Assembly (NCBI RefSeq): GCF_018977255.1
Contig: NW_024704742.1
Coordinates: 5,520,001 to 5,584,000 of the forward strand
Direction: 5' to 3'
Source: Callorhinchus milii
Lineage: Eukaryota
DNA length: 64,000 nucleotides
The notes under the pieces were generated by a model. That model ran no database searches. It was not told the DNA's origin and was given only the letters and a program-made list of their open reading frames with translations. Positions 1 through 11,900 of the stretch are shown piece after piece. The translations under genes and the position numbers were made by a program. Numbering within the stretch: the first letter of the stretch is position 1; each line of letters starts with the position of its first letter.

Positions 1-146
1 CGAAACGCGGCAGCCAATGGCGCACAGCGGTGTCCCCACAAACAGTCGTGGATTATTATTGGGTTTTTTTTTTGTAGGGGATTAGTTACCCCCAGAAACG
101 CGATCCGCCAATCGACTCCCGACCGGGTTCCTCCGAGCCCTTACTG
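1..146 (-). mobile_element. tRNA-derived SINE, internal fragment (GC-shifted)
   Basis: Reverse complement of the SINE body seen at 10052-10416. Confidence 0.8.
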
Positions 147-524
147 TCCCGGCTCCGGCAATACACCAACCCCCTCCCCTGGAGTGTTGCCTTATTATCC
201 CGGTACGGGATGCAATAAACATGGAGGGTGGGGGTGGGGGGTGGGGGGGGGCAGTGGGTGAGTATCTCCGCGCACTTTTACTTTGACGGAGGGACCGAGG
301 GTTCCCCACCTCGGGGTTCTGCCGCCCTTTTCGGGGCTCAGTAACAAAGTGGGTCTTGTATCTCCCCCCTCCCCCCCCCCCCGCCCCCCCCCCCCCTTTT
401 ATGGGGGAGTACGGACAGGATTGGAACTCCAGCCCACAGTCCGTTCGTCTCGTCCCCTCCCTCGGCCTCCTCCAGAGCACATCTCGAGACCCTCCTCTTT
501 GACCGCGCCTTCGGCCACCCGCCA

Positions 525-618
525 GACACACACACACAGGCACACACACACACACACACATACACACAGGCACACACACACACATACACACACATACACA
601 CACACACATACACACAGG

Positions 619-649
<31 letters not shown>

Positions 650-720
650 ATACACACACACACACATACACACACACACACAGGCACACACACACACACA
701 CACACAGGTACACACACACA
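525..720. repeat. Imperfect (CA)n microsatellite
   Basis: Directly visible. Confidence 0.95.
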
Positions 721-740
721 AGCCCCGCCCCACGCGGCAC

Positions 741-750
741 CCAAATAAGG
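741..750 (+). promoter_or_regulatory. CArG box (SRF site) CCAAATAAGG upstream of the beta-thymosin gene
   Basis: Exact CC(A/T)6GG match about 270 bp upstream of the TATA-like element, in the unique gap between the CA tract and the GC-box array. Confidence 0.65.
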
Positions 751-774
751 CAGTGAGGAGGAGGCGGGGATCAG

Positions 775-1020
775 GGGGCGTGGCCCGGGAGGGGCGTGGC
801 CCGGGGAGGGGGCGTGGCCCGGGGAGGGGGCGGGGCCCGGGGGGCGGGGCCCGGGGAGGGGGCGGGGCCCGGGGAGGGCGGGCCCGGGAGGGGGCGGGGC
901 CCGGGGGAGGGGGCGGGCCCGGGGGAGGGCCCGGGGAGGGGCGGGGCGGGCCGGGGGGGGGCGGGGCCCGGGGGAGGGGGGCGGGGCCCGGGGAGGGGGC
1001 GGGCCCGGGGAGGGCCGCGG
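775..1020 (+). promoter_or_regulatory. Tandem GC-box (Sp/KLF) array, ~18-bp unit GGCCCGGGGAGGGGGCGG, G-quadruplex-prone
   Basis: About a dozen imperfect copies with GGGGCGGGG/GGGCGTGG motifs immediately upstream of TATTAA. Confidence 0.7.
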
Positions 1021-1026
1021 TATTAA
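1021..1026 (+). promoter_or_regulatory. TATA-like box TATTAA
   Basis: Only AT-rich hexamer in a very GC-rich stretch, 20-30 nt before an Inr-like CCATTG and the putative exon 1. Confidence 0.6.
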
Positions 1027-1043
1027 GTAGCGGCGGCGGCGCC

Positions 1044-1073
1044 ATTGTTCAGAGTGTCGGAGCCCACAAACAG
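1044..1073 (+). other. TMSB10: Putative non-coding exon 1 of the beta-thymosin gene
   Basis: Follows the TATA-like box and ends at donor CAG|GTACTG (GT 1074-1075). Vertebrate beta-thymosin genes have a non-coding first exon. TSS is approximate. Confidence 0.55.
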
Positions 1074-1104
1074 GTACTGTACAGCGGGAGGGGGTCCGCA
1101 CCCC

Positions 1105-1410
1105 AGTCACTGCCCCCCGCACCCCCACCCCCCCCCGCACCCCCCCCACACACACCCCCACACCACCCCCACACCCCGCAAAACCCCGCACCCCCCCCCA
1201 CCCCCCCACACACACCACCCCGCACCCCCCACACCCCGCAAACCCCGCTCCCCCACACACCCCCCACACCCCGCACCCCCCAACACCCCCCACACCCACA
1301 CCCCCCACACACCCCCACACCCCGCACTCCCCCCCCCCCCACACACACCCCCACAACAAACCCCCTATACCCCCCGCACACCCCCCCACAGACCCCCATA
1401 CCCCCCCCAC
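1105..1410. repeat. C/A-rich low-complexity repeat (CCCCACA/CCCCGCA-type units)
   Basis: Directly visible; in thymosin intron 1. Confidence 0.9.
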
Positions 1411-1411
1411 C

Positions 1412-2254
1412 GTGTGTGTGTGATTGTGTGTGAGTTTGTGATTGTGTGTGTGATTGTGTGTGAGTGTGATTGATTTTTTGTGTGTGTGAGTGTGTGTGAG
1501 TGTGAGTTTGTGATTGTGTGTGTGATTGTGTGAGTGTGTGTGTGTGATTGTGTGTGTGTGTGTGATTGATTGTGTGAGAGTGTGTGTGTGTGATTGTGTG
1601 TGAGTGATTGTGTGTGTGTGATTGTGTGTGTGTGATTGTGTGTGTGTGATTGTGTGTGTGTGAGTGTGTGTGAGTGTGTGTGTATGTGATTGTGTGAGTG
1701 TGTGTGATTGTGTGTGTGTGTGATTGTGTGTGTGATTGATTGTGTGAGAGTGTGTGTGTGTGATTGTGTGTGTGATTGATTGTGTGATTGTGTGTGTGTG
1801 CGAGTGTGTGTGTGAGTGTGTGTGTGTGTGATTGTGTGTGTGATTGTGTGAGTGTGTGTGATTGTGTGTGTGTGTGATTGTGTGTGTGATTGATTGTGTG
1901 AGAGTGTGTGTGTGTGATTGTGTGTGTGATTGATTGTGTGATTGTGTGTGTGTGCGAGTGTGTGTGTGAGTGTGTGTGTGTGTGATTGTGTGAGTGTGTA
2001 TGTGTGAGTGTGTGTGATTGTGTGTGTGTGTGATTGTGTGTGTGATTGATTGTGTGAGAGTGTGTGTGTGATTGTGTGTGTGATTGATTGTGTGATTGTG
2101 TGTGTGTGCGAGTGTGTGTGTGAGTGTGTGTGTGTGTGATTGTGTGTGTGATTGATTGTGTGAGAGTGTGTGTGTGTGATTGTGTGTGTGATTGATTGTG
2201 TGATTGTGTGTGTGTGCGAGTGTGTGTGTGAGTGTGTGTGATTGATTGTTGTGT
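1412..2254. repeat. Compound (TG)n/GATT tract with higher-order repeat, thymosin intron 1
   Basis: Directly visible; marker GCGAG recurs with its C at 1801, 1955, 2109 and 2217. Confidence 0.95.
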
Positions 2255-2264
2255 ATTTTTTTGA

Positions 2265-2420
<156 letters not shown>

Positions 2421-2538
2421 TGAGCTCTACCTGCGGCCGGTGTGAGTGTGAGTGAGTGCGAGTGAGTGAGTGTGAGTGAGTGCTGCTCTCCTTTTTACTA
2501 ACACTCTCTAATCCAGTGCCTTTCTTTCCCTGTGGTAG

Positions 2539-2570
2539 CGATTGCTCAGGAGAAGCAGGAGGGCTCCTAG
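2539..2570 (+). CDS. TMSB10: Beta-thymosin last coding exon (exon 3): (T)IAQEKQEGS*
   Basis: 144-nt intron with branch-point TACTAAC (2496-2502), pyrimidine tract and TAG acceptor ending 2538. A|CG gives Thr; matches the canonical TIEQEK C-terminus; TAG stop at 2568-2570. Confidence 0.92.
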
Positions 2571-2891
2571 GAAGACGTATTTTATGTTTTGACGCAGACC
2601 GCCGTCTCGTCTCGGTCCAAGAAACATCTAAATGGCCCGAAGAATCTGCTTTGGTGGACTTTTTCTTTTAATCAAATTCCAGATCTTTGCTGTGAGCTGA
2701 ACTACACGGGGAGAGGCGAAGCTTTGCCAAGGAGGAGAGAGAGAGAGAGAGAGAGGTGGGGGATGGGGGTGGGATTCAGGGAGTTGGTCCCCTGTTGAGG
2801 TTTGTCCATTTGCTTCCTATTGGTCTCGCTGAGCTGTATTTCCTTTGGGGGGAAAAGATGCTTTCTTTCAAGCGTGTACTAAAGAAAACCC

Positions 2892-2897
2892 AATAAA
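2892..2897 (+). terminator. Polyadenylation signal AATAAA of the thymosin gene
   Basis: First AATAAA after the stop (~320-nt 3'UTR), followed by GT-rich sequence. Confidence 0.7.
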
Positions 2898-3660
2898 GAT
2901 CCAAATTGTGTGCAAAGCGAGTCGTCGCGCCGTGATTTCTCCGTCGCGTTGCTTTGAAACGTCTGCAGTTCTCTCGATTTGATTACACATCGAAAAGAAA
3001 CATTCGGACCCAAAGAAAACAAGCGACCGGATGAGACACGACCCCACTGCAAACCCAACGCGACTCCCGTTAAAAGCCCCAGCAAAGAAAGCTGTGTGCG
3101 GCCCCGGTACGTCAGGTTTGGGGGTTTCTGGTTATTTTTCGCAACCGGAATTCAAACGCAAATGTCGCAAATTCACATTAAAAGTAAAAAGATTTTCCGA
3201 CTTAGAATCGTCCCTCGAACCGATACAGCAACTTAACTTTTTTTGTGTGGAAGTTGATTGAAGCAATGGTGAGCGACCGCCCGATATTCAGATTACAAAC
3301 GTAATGTGCTTTTTTTTTTTTTTTGCCACTTCGACATAGCGCTATTTGAGTCTGCGGCCACACTTCACCCCATTTGTATTGCTCGACGCGAATGGCATCC
3401 GCCCTTTTCCCCCCTCCCAAACATTTTCAGGTAAATGCTGTCCACAAAATCTGCAAAACACAGCTTTGTTGCCTTAAATGGTGAAAAGTGAAATGGATGG
3501 AAGGAGGACAGTGAGGTAACCAGGCTGGTATTTTTGCTGGCGGGACCTTTTCATTTGCATTTTCCGACTCATTTAAATGGGCTGCGCTGAAATTGTGCCG
3601 TCTCAAGAAGTTCACAACCAGTGATTGAAATGAACTTGCGATTCGCACATATCGCACATA

Positions 3661-3855
3661 TCCCTCCAAAACCAAAAACATAATAAAATTTTCAATCTAC
3701 GACTGTTTGTGGGACATTGCTGTGCGCAATTGGCTGCCGCGTTCGCCCACAAATATACAGTCAATTCACTTTACAGTGTGTTCTGTGAAGCGCTTTGGGA
3801 CGTCCTCCCGACCTGAAAAGCGCTATATCAAATGCAAGGATTATTATTATTATTA
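3661..3855 (+). mobile_element. tRNA-SINE, 5'-truncated, young subfamily B
   Basis: Near-identical to the 3' half of 35123-35449; (ATT)n tail. Confidence 0.9.
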
Positions 3856-4479
3856 TCTGCAGAGAAGCCAAGTTTCAAACTTTACAGCAAAGTAGGATTA
3901 GAGTGGGAATGCCATTTTGCCTCGTGTTTGTTCCCCCGTCTGATCTTCAGTTTGTGGCGCTGAGGAGAAACTTGTCAGAAAGCACTTAACATAAGCGCTC
4001 TTAGAAAACGTTAATGGCTTTAATGGGTTGAGGCCCCTCCAGATGACTTAACTCTGCCACTTTCACTGGAGGATTTTGTCTTGAATAAGAATTAATGATG
4101 ATGCTATTCTGGTCCGCCTCGAGTCTCGTGAAAGTGCAGCACTCTGTGGAGAGAGCAGACGTAAAATAAGTGATGCAAATATTGGCACTGATATGGTTGT
4201 AAATTTTAGGAGGAGGGCTGAGGGGAGGTATGACATTGAACCGTCCATGAGGACGAGAGTAAGAGTGGGTGAGTTGTTTGCAGCTCGTGTGTGTGTGTGT
4301 GTGTGGTAAGATGGTAGGAAGTTGCAGTGAAGAAACTGCCAAAACTACTGGTGCTTCTCTCCATTCCAGACACCTCATCTAATCCTACTCCGATCACTCC
4401 CCCGACCGTTTATATTCAAGCATTTTATTGCCTTTTAAAAATAATTGTGATGGACTTTGCTTCACCTTTATAAGTCATT

Positions 4480-4950
4480 TTAAAAAAATCCTTGCTTTAT
4501 CACGTTCTTGAGACAGTTCTCCAAATGCATCACAGCATATATTCTAACGTGGAGTGACTGTGTCTATTGGGGGCCGACTCGGTGGTCAATTGCGCCCAGC
4601 AGCGTCCCACAAACAGTCGTGGATTGAGTGACCAGATTATTATTAAACATGGTTATATTTTTGAGGAATTATTTCCACCAGAAAGTGATCCGCCAATTGA
4701 CTTAACAACCAGGTTCCTGCTTACAGCTCAGTAAACAGAGGTGTGTGTGGAGTTTGCCTAAGGCTTTGCCTCGCCCGGAAATCGAACCTGGGACCTTCTC
4801 GCTTTATGAGGGGTTTCGATGGGGTAAATCCGGAGAAGTTATTGTGGAGTCGTGTATCTCAAGTGGTTAAGACCACTCGCCTCACAAGCGAGAGAACCTG
4901 GGTTCAATTCCCGGGCAGGGCGAATGTTGGGCAAGTTTCCTTACTCCGCT
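4480..4950. mobile_element. Degenerate minus-strand SINE head-to-head with a plus-strand SINE head (4843-4950)
   Basis: Similarity to SINE body and tRNA head (A/B boxes). Confidence 0.7.
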
Positions 4951-7900
4951 CCATGCAAGGATTAATAATTTTTCTTCCACTAATAGGGGAGTCAGTGACT
5001 CAAGACATAGTTATAAGATCATTACAAGAATAGCAAAAGGGGATTAATTTTCACCCGGAGGTGGTGCATGTGAAAGAGAGGGGCTTGTGGGGTATGGGGA
5101 AAAGGTGGGATTGAAGCGATCTTGTCCTGAGCAGTGTGGACTCGATCGGCCGAATGGCCTCCTTCTGCACTGTATATTTCTATGCTATATATAATAAGAA
5201 GAAGAATCCATCCATTTGGTATAGCGCCTTATCACGTCTTCGAGACGTCTGAAAGCGCTTCACAGAATCTGCTGTAAAGTGAATTGACTGTATATTTGTG
5301 GGTGAAACGTGGCAACCAGTTGACCAAATTATTATTGTGTTTTTTTAAAAATTATTACCCCGGGAAAAGCGATCCACTCCCTCTCAAATAAATCTCTTAC
5401 CGTCCACGACCTCATCCTAGACAAGTGCGTAGGTCTCCTTGGGCTCACAAAACCTCTCTGTCCCCCAGTGACTCCCTCCCATCCATCGATGCCTCCCCAC
5501 CTGGATATACATTCCACCACAACACAGTGGTGGGGTGATCCTTATCCCACAAACCTCCCTCGGCTTATCTCCCATCTCCTACCCCTCCTTCGAATGCCTC
5601 ACTCTGTACCGTAGTAAACAACCCTCCCGAAAACCACCTGGCTCTTCCTCAAAGGCATCTCCTCCCTCCTCACGTTCCTCTGATCCCAAACTAGTTGAAA
5701 CAAGATTCAGAGAGTGAGGTAGTCAGTGAAGTGCTGGCGCGGGCTACGCCTTTAATGTGTATACTACATTTCGCCCACAAAATACACAGCCAATTCACTT
5801 TACAGTATATTATGTGAAGCACTTTGAGATGTCTCAACGACATGATAAGGTGCTATATCAAATGCAAGGATTATTAATATTATAGCTACAATATGAAGTC
5901 TGCTGGCACAATGTTCTGTTAGCCAATTTGACTGTGCAATGTCCAATTACCTGCACTGTTTGCTTATCCACAATGGGATCAGCTATTGTAGGACATTGGC
6001 TCTCTATTTACGCAATTAATTGTGTTCATGAATCAAGTCGCTGTTTTTTTTTTAGCATCGCATTTGTTTTCTTTAGTTTTTGATGTTCAAAAAAGAAATC
6101 CCACGTTTCACCTTACGTTGTGTCATTTTTTCCCTCCCTTTCTTCAACACCTCCCCGACCCAAATCTCTGTCGATCTCTCTTTTAAACATTCCTATTGAT
6201 TCCATCTCTACAGCTTTCTAAGCCAGGGCATTCCACAAATTCACAAACCTCTTGTGTGAAGAAATGCCCCTCAGTTCTATCTCGGCTCAGATTTTATGGC
6301 TTCACATCTCGACCGAATTCAAATACCTCAAATGTTGCTTCTTTAAAGTAGGCCCAACAAACCAGTGAACATATATCTCTCTCTAAGAGTCGGCTGGCAG
6401 CAGAAGTCTGCAATGACATTGTATTTTAAATGGACCTTTTTATATTTGGTGCTATTCAACCCACTCTCAGCTTCGTGCTTTGTTGCTGAGCTCTTCTTGC
6501 TCGCTGTTACGTTCTGCTCTGGCCCGGTGGAGGAAATTCTGCGGTGCTACAACCACAAGAAATTATTAGGGGAAGGGCGCAACTGGTGCAGGAAATATAC
6601 TAAACAAGCACGTCCCTTATTAGAGCCTTAGTCTATTTACTGAGCGTATCCATCAATCACTTTCTGAACGCAGTCCAAACACTCGGGAAACACCCCTGTG
6701 AAAAGTTCACAAACCTATTGGTGAAAGTGGCACGAGTTCAACACAGGAACTGACAATAGACTTTCCAACATGGGAGGAGGAGCAGGAGGGGTGGGGGTTG
6801 GGGGGAGAGGAGGAATCAAAGCGATCGTGCGTCCCACCCTGGTGTTCACACGCATATTGACGCGTGTGCTTGTATACAGTGTCATATGTTTGGGCCGCTT
6901 GATCGCGAGCTAAACTGTCTCAGGTCCCTGAGTGATGGGTCATGATCTTCGGCCTCAGAGTGGGGCAGCTGAAGGCTCCGGGTGGCCGGTCTGGGGACAG
7001 GAGTTACAGGGTTTAGGAACCTGGAGTGCAGAGAGCAGTAGGTTCAGGGAGCTGACATCTCTGCCTGTGGTGCCCTCGACATGTGGTTTTAGCTGATCTG
7101 TTCATGTTGATCCCGATAAAGCCCATTGGTTTTGTTCACCAAATATAGCTGGATCTTTCGCAACACGCCCTGTTGCCCACAACCATGTACATACGTATAT
7201 TTACATACCTTCCAGCTAAGGTGTCTGGATAGCAATTAGAAGTGGGGATGCTGGTCGATTGTGACTCTGTTGCACCGAAACTTACACTGGGATGTGAACG
7301 TTTAACACATTGGTTTGTTTGTTCAGTGGTGTACCAGGTGTCAACTGCTTCATGTGATTTGGAAGTCCTATGGTGGACGTAGTTAGTGCCCAGAACAAAC
7401 TGGATGTGTTGCATGTCATTCGATTGCGCAACTGAAAGTGGCTTGCTCTGGTTCACGGTAAGGTATTAAGGTTTTACAGTCACCTTCAGTAGGAATGGGT
7501 GGGACCAAAGGTGAGACTTGTTTCTCACTGACTTTCTCGCACTAACTACACCGATAGAAATTCACAATCAACTGTGAGCTGCAGATATTTGGGTGGCCCG
7601 GTGTATCGGCGCACCATTTTGACATAATAATAATAATAATCCTTGCATTCGATACAGCGCCTTATCACGTCTTCGAGACGTCGCAAAGCGCTTCACAGAA
7701 TATGCTGTAAAGTGACTTGACTGTGTACTTTGTGGGCGAAATCCTTTTAACATCTTTAATTGCCATTCAAAAACGGCCCCTGACTGTCCAGGGCTTTGGG
7801 ACGTCCTCCTGATGTGAAAGGCGCTCTATAAATGTAATTTTGTCGTTGCTGTTGACACTGTGTTGGTCTCCTTGTGATCTAATGGATGTTAGTGATCATG

Positions 7901-8274
7901 ACACAGCTCTTGTTAAGAGTATCTGAGTGATATTTAATAGCCAGAGAACAGTTAGTGAAGTTGACTGCTTCCTGTGTTCTGCGGTCTCAGATCTCAGTTC
8001 CTTATTGCTTTTTTAATCGCAATGTCCTTGTGACTTCCTGTGCAGTTAGCGATTTACAATTTCTGTCAAAAACGAAAGGCAGCATGAGAATGAAATAATT
8101 GATAAGTTAAAGTTCTGTTTTATTACACAATATACTGGCAACGTCACTTATCTCCACAGTGACAGTTTTCCTGTTGAATTCACATTTGGGTTGGTGTTTG
8201 TGCGTCTGGGGCATTCCCACCAGGACTAGGAGCAACATCACCAGGGCGCCCAAACCAGGGTTCCAGCACCGAGG

Positions 8275-8700
8275 GACCATCATCTCAATGCCTTTTCACG
8301 TCAGGAGGATGTCCCAAAGTGCTGGATAGTGAAGGGTTTGAACCCGAGCTGGGGTTTGGGATCAGGAGGTACATGAGGGTGACCGAAGGCGCGGTCAAAG
8401 TGGAAGGTCTTGAGATGGGCCTTGGAGGAGGCGAGGGACTGGGCGAGGTGAAGGGGCTCCGGGATGGAGTTCCAGAAAGGCCCGACCTACAGGCCCGAGC
8501 TCTGATGGTGGAGTGGGCAGGGCGGGGGACGTGGAACAGGCTGTGTGGAGGGAGAGGGCAGGTTGGTAGGGATTTGGGAGGTCACAGAGGTAGGGCGGAG
8601 CAAGACCATGGAGGGGTTTGAAGGTGAGGACAGGTCTTAAACTCGATCCTCTGTGGGGTGGGGAGCCAGTGAAGCTGGGTGAGCATGGGGCTGATCGGCT
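8275..8700 (-). mobile_element. L2 LINE 3' fragment, degenerate
   Basis: Reverse complement of the L2 3' end and stem-loop tail. Confidence 0.75.
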
Positions 8701-10051
8701 CGCATAGCTTAGAGTTTAGCTTGTGTCTCAGATCCTACACCAGCACCTGCACAATCACCTCAGGCCACAAAACCGGAACCTCATTTCCTCTCAAATGCTC
8801 TCTCACCTTCTGAATTTCTTGCTCTCTGATCTTTCGCATTGAACTGCTCAATGTGCGTATCTCCTCACCTTCAATACAATCTCCTGCCTCCAAAATCTAG
8901 AACCATCTCCCACCACGTGACCTCAGATGCAGACGGCATGAACCAGCCTCAAAGTACTGCTAATGCGGTCTCAAATACCTCTGAATCTATTACCACCTCT
9001 CTCTCTCTCTCTCTCCAAGGCAAAACCCCTTTTTACTCAACATCCTGGAGGAAAAGGATGACCACAAGCTACTCTTTTCCATCACAATCACCTGCTGAGT
9101 CATTTTCCTCAAGCCTCTGCCCACCTTCCCACCATGGACTGTAGAAATAGAAATGAAATAATAATAAACCTTGCATTTGATATAGCGTGTTATCATGTCA
9201 TTGAGAGATCTCAAATGCTTCACAGGATATCCTGTAAAGTGGATTGACTGCGTTTTGTGGGCGAAACGCGAGAATATTTCATCACAGAGAAAGGGAACTA
9301 GTCACGTAAAAACAGAAACCCAGACAGATAAGGCACCATTCTGTTACAATTTAAACAAAGTGAACTTATATCAACTTGAACTTTTATGCACAATAAATGT
9401 TTCAAATTAATTAACACAAAATAGGGAACACCGAGTGGGAAGAAAGAAGGGAGAACTATGAATGTTGATCAAAACGGTGACTGAAAAAGTATGTTTTTAA
9501 TGAGCGTGTTGAAGGTAGAGAGAGAGGAAGTGAGAGCAACAACAGATTCGGGAGCAAGGTTCTCGAAGGCAAGGGCTTCGTGACTGAAGGCTTGGCTACC
9601 AACGGAGTGAAGAACAAGCAGTCGACCAGAATGGGAGGGTGGTAGGAGCAGCAGAATAGGTGGGAGGAGATTGTAAACATAGCGAAGGGCACGATCCTGA
9701 AGGGATTTGAGGGTCAATGTCATAATCTTACAGTCGACCTGTTGGGAACCAGTGGAACCCGTTGTAGATTAGCGCTGGGTGCGCAGAGCCTAGTGCAGAA
9801 GAGAACACAGGATGCTGAGTTTGGATGAGTTTGAGTGTGTGGAGATTGGTGAGAGCACCAAATAAGATAATCAAAGCTCTTCTGGGTTCAACTGCAAGAG
9901 GGAAACTGTGACTCCCCGATCCCGACCCCCAGCTCGAGTCCGAAACACTGACTGTCCAGCGCCTTGGGACATCCTCCCGATGCGAAAGGCGCTATGCAAA
10001 TGTAATTTTGTTGTGGTTGTAGTTATAGCTTTCTCCTTCACGGGAAAAAAA

Positions 10052-10416
10052 AGTCATGTAGCTCAGTGGTTAGAGCACTCGCCTCGCAATCGAGAGACCT
10101 GGGTTCGATTCCCGGCAGGGCGAAATGTTGGGTAAGTTTGCTTACTCCACACGCCTCTGTTTACCCAACAGTAAGAAGGAACCCGGTTGTGAGTCGATTG
10201 GCGGATCACTTTTCCGAGGGTAATAATTCCTTCAAAAAAAAGAATCATAAATTGGTCACTTGAATCCACGGCTGTTTGTGGGACTCTGCTGTGCGCAATT
10301 GGCTGCCGAGTTTCGCCCACCATGTATACTTTCAATTCACTTTACAGTATATTCTGTGAAGCGCTTTGAGACGTCTCGAAGATGTGAAAAGGCGTTCTAT
10401 CAAATGCGAGAATAAT
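10052..10416 (+). mobile_element. Full-length tRNA-derived SINE (family A, SINE2-type, L2-related 3' tail)
   Basis: A box TAGCTCAGTGG, B box GGTTCGATTCC, tRNA-like head, conserved body and 3' stem-loop; dozens of copies in the window. Confidence 0.9.
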
Positions 10417-11154
10417 GCTTTCTTAAACGTCTTTCAAAAACGTCGTTTTATTTTCTCCTTTTAAGGTTCATCTCGTTCAATGTGCCAATAAAGCAGAGCT
10501 CTAATCCAAAAATGTTTTCAAATAATGTGTCCGAATAAAGTAAGAGCGCTGCCAATGAAAGGTTACAAGCGCAGGAATGTAGGCTTTCCACAAAGTAATG
10601 CTCCTTCAGGATCCTGCCCTCGCTCATTGCCCCAAAGGCTCTCGACGTGAACTCCCCAGAATGCTCGCAGCTGCTATAGATTGGTTATCATTTAGCCACA
10701 TCTACCAGATTTGCTATTTATGGTCAGCTCCAAGCAGCTATTGCTATGGCAATGGAGTAAACCGGATAGACTGCAAGGTCACACTGTCCTACGTTCTCAT
10801 CGCCGCATGTCAGAGGTGAACGGGGCTTGTGGTGAATCAGATCAGGTTAATGTGGTTTGCAGACCAGGATCCTGTGCGGCTTGAGGCAATCCTAATGGAT
10901 AACTGAGGCCGGGCTATCAGCTGCTAAAGGGTTTGACGTGCTCATCTCCCAAACTGAAGTTGGAGCCAAACTGCTTGATGCTCTCAGCTGCCGGAGCCAC
11001 AGATTAATCAGCAGTTACTGTTGGGAGAGTTGCATCAAGAGGAAATGAAACCATGTAGATAGTGGCTGTGACAAATAATGAACTTCCTGAGTGTCTGTGG
11101 TCAGCTCATGCTTGCAAGGGGGGGGCGGGGGAGGAGGTTTAAGGCTGCCACACC

Positions 11155-11900
11155 AGGTCAGTCAGCAACCTCGGTGTCTTGTTTGACCCTCAACTGTCTT
11201 TTCTCCCCCACATTCAAGCCATGACCCGCTCTGCCTTCCCTCACCTCCGTAACATCGCCCGACTCCGCCACTACCTCACCCCTCAGGCGCTGAAACTCTT
11301 GTTCATGCCTTCATCACCTCCAGGCTCGACTATGCAAACGTCCTACTTGTCAGCCTTCCCAACTCCTCCCTCCACAGGCTGCAGATAATCCAGAACTCTG
11401 CAGCTCGTGTCCTCTCCCGCACCAAACTCCATGACCCCATCTCCCCCACTCTCGCCCGACTCCATTGGCTCCCTATCCTTCAGAGGATCCAGTTCAAGAC
11501 CCTGGTCCTCACATACAAAGCCCTCCATGGCATCACCCCACCCTACCTCTGCGACCGCCTAACCCCCTACCAACCCGCCCGTTCCCTCCGCTCAACCGGC
11601 TCTGGCCTGCTCCACCCCCCCCGACCCACCCGCCCCATCATTGGCAGGAGTGCCTTCAGCCACTCTGCCCCCAACCTCTGGAATTCCAATCCCCCAATCC
11701 CCCAATCACTCCGCCTCACCCTCTCCTTAGCCTCCTTCTTCCCGCCTCAAGACCCTCCTCTTCGACCATGCCATTGGCCACCCCCCTTCTCTTTCCCTCC
11801 CTTCCCCCCCCCAACCCCAGCTAAAATGCTGTGCTCTGTCCAGCGCCTTGGGACGTCCTCCCGACATGAAAGGCGCTGTACAAATGTAATCTTGTTGTTT
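11155..11900 (+). mobile_element. L2-clade LINE 3' fragment
   Basis: Frameshifted ORF2 C-terminus (FDPQLSFLPHI, LRNIARLRHYL) plus stem-loop and (GTT)n tail. Confidence 0.9.
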
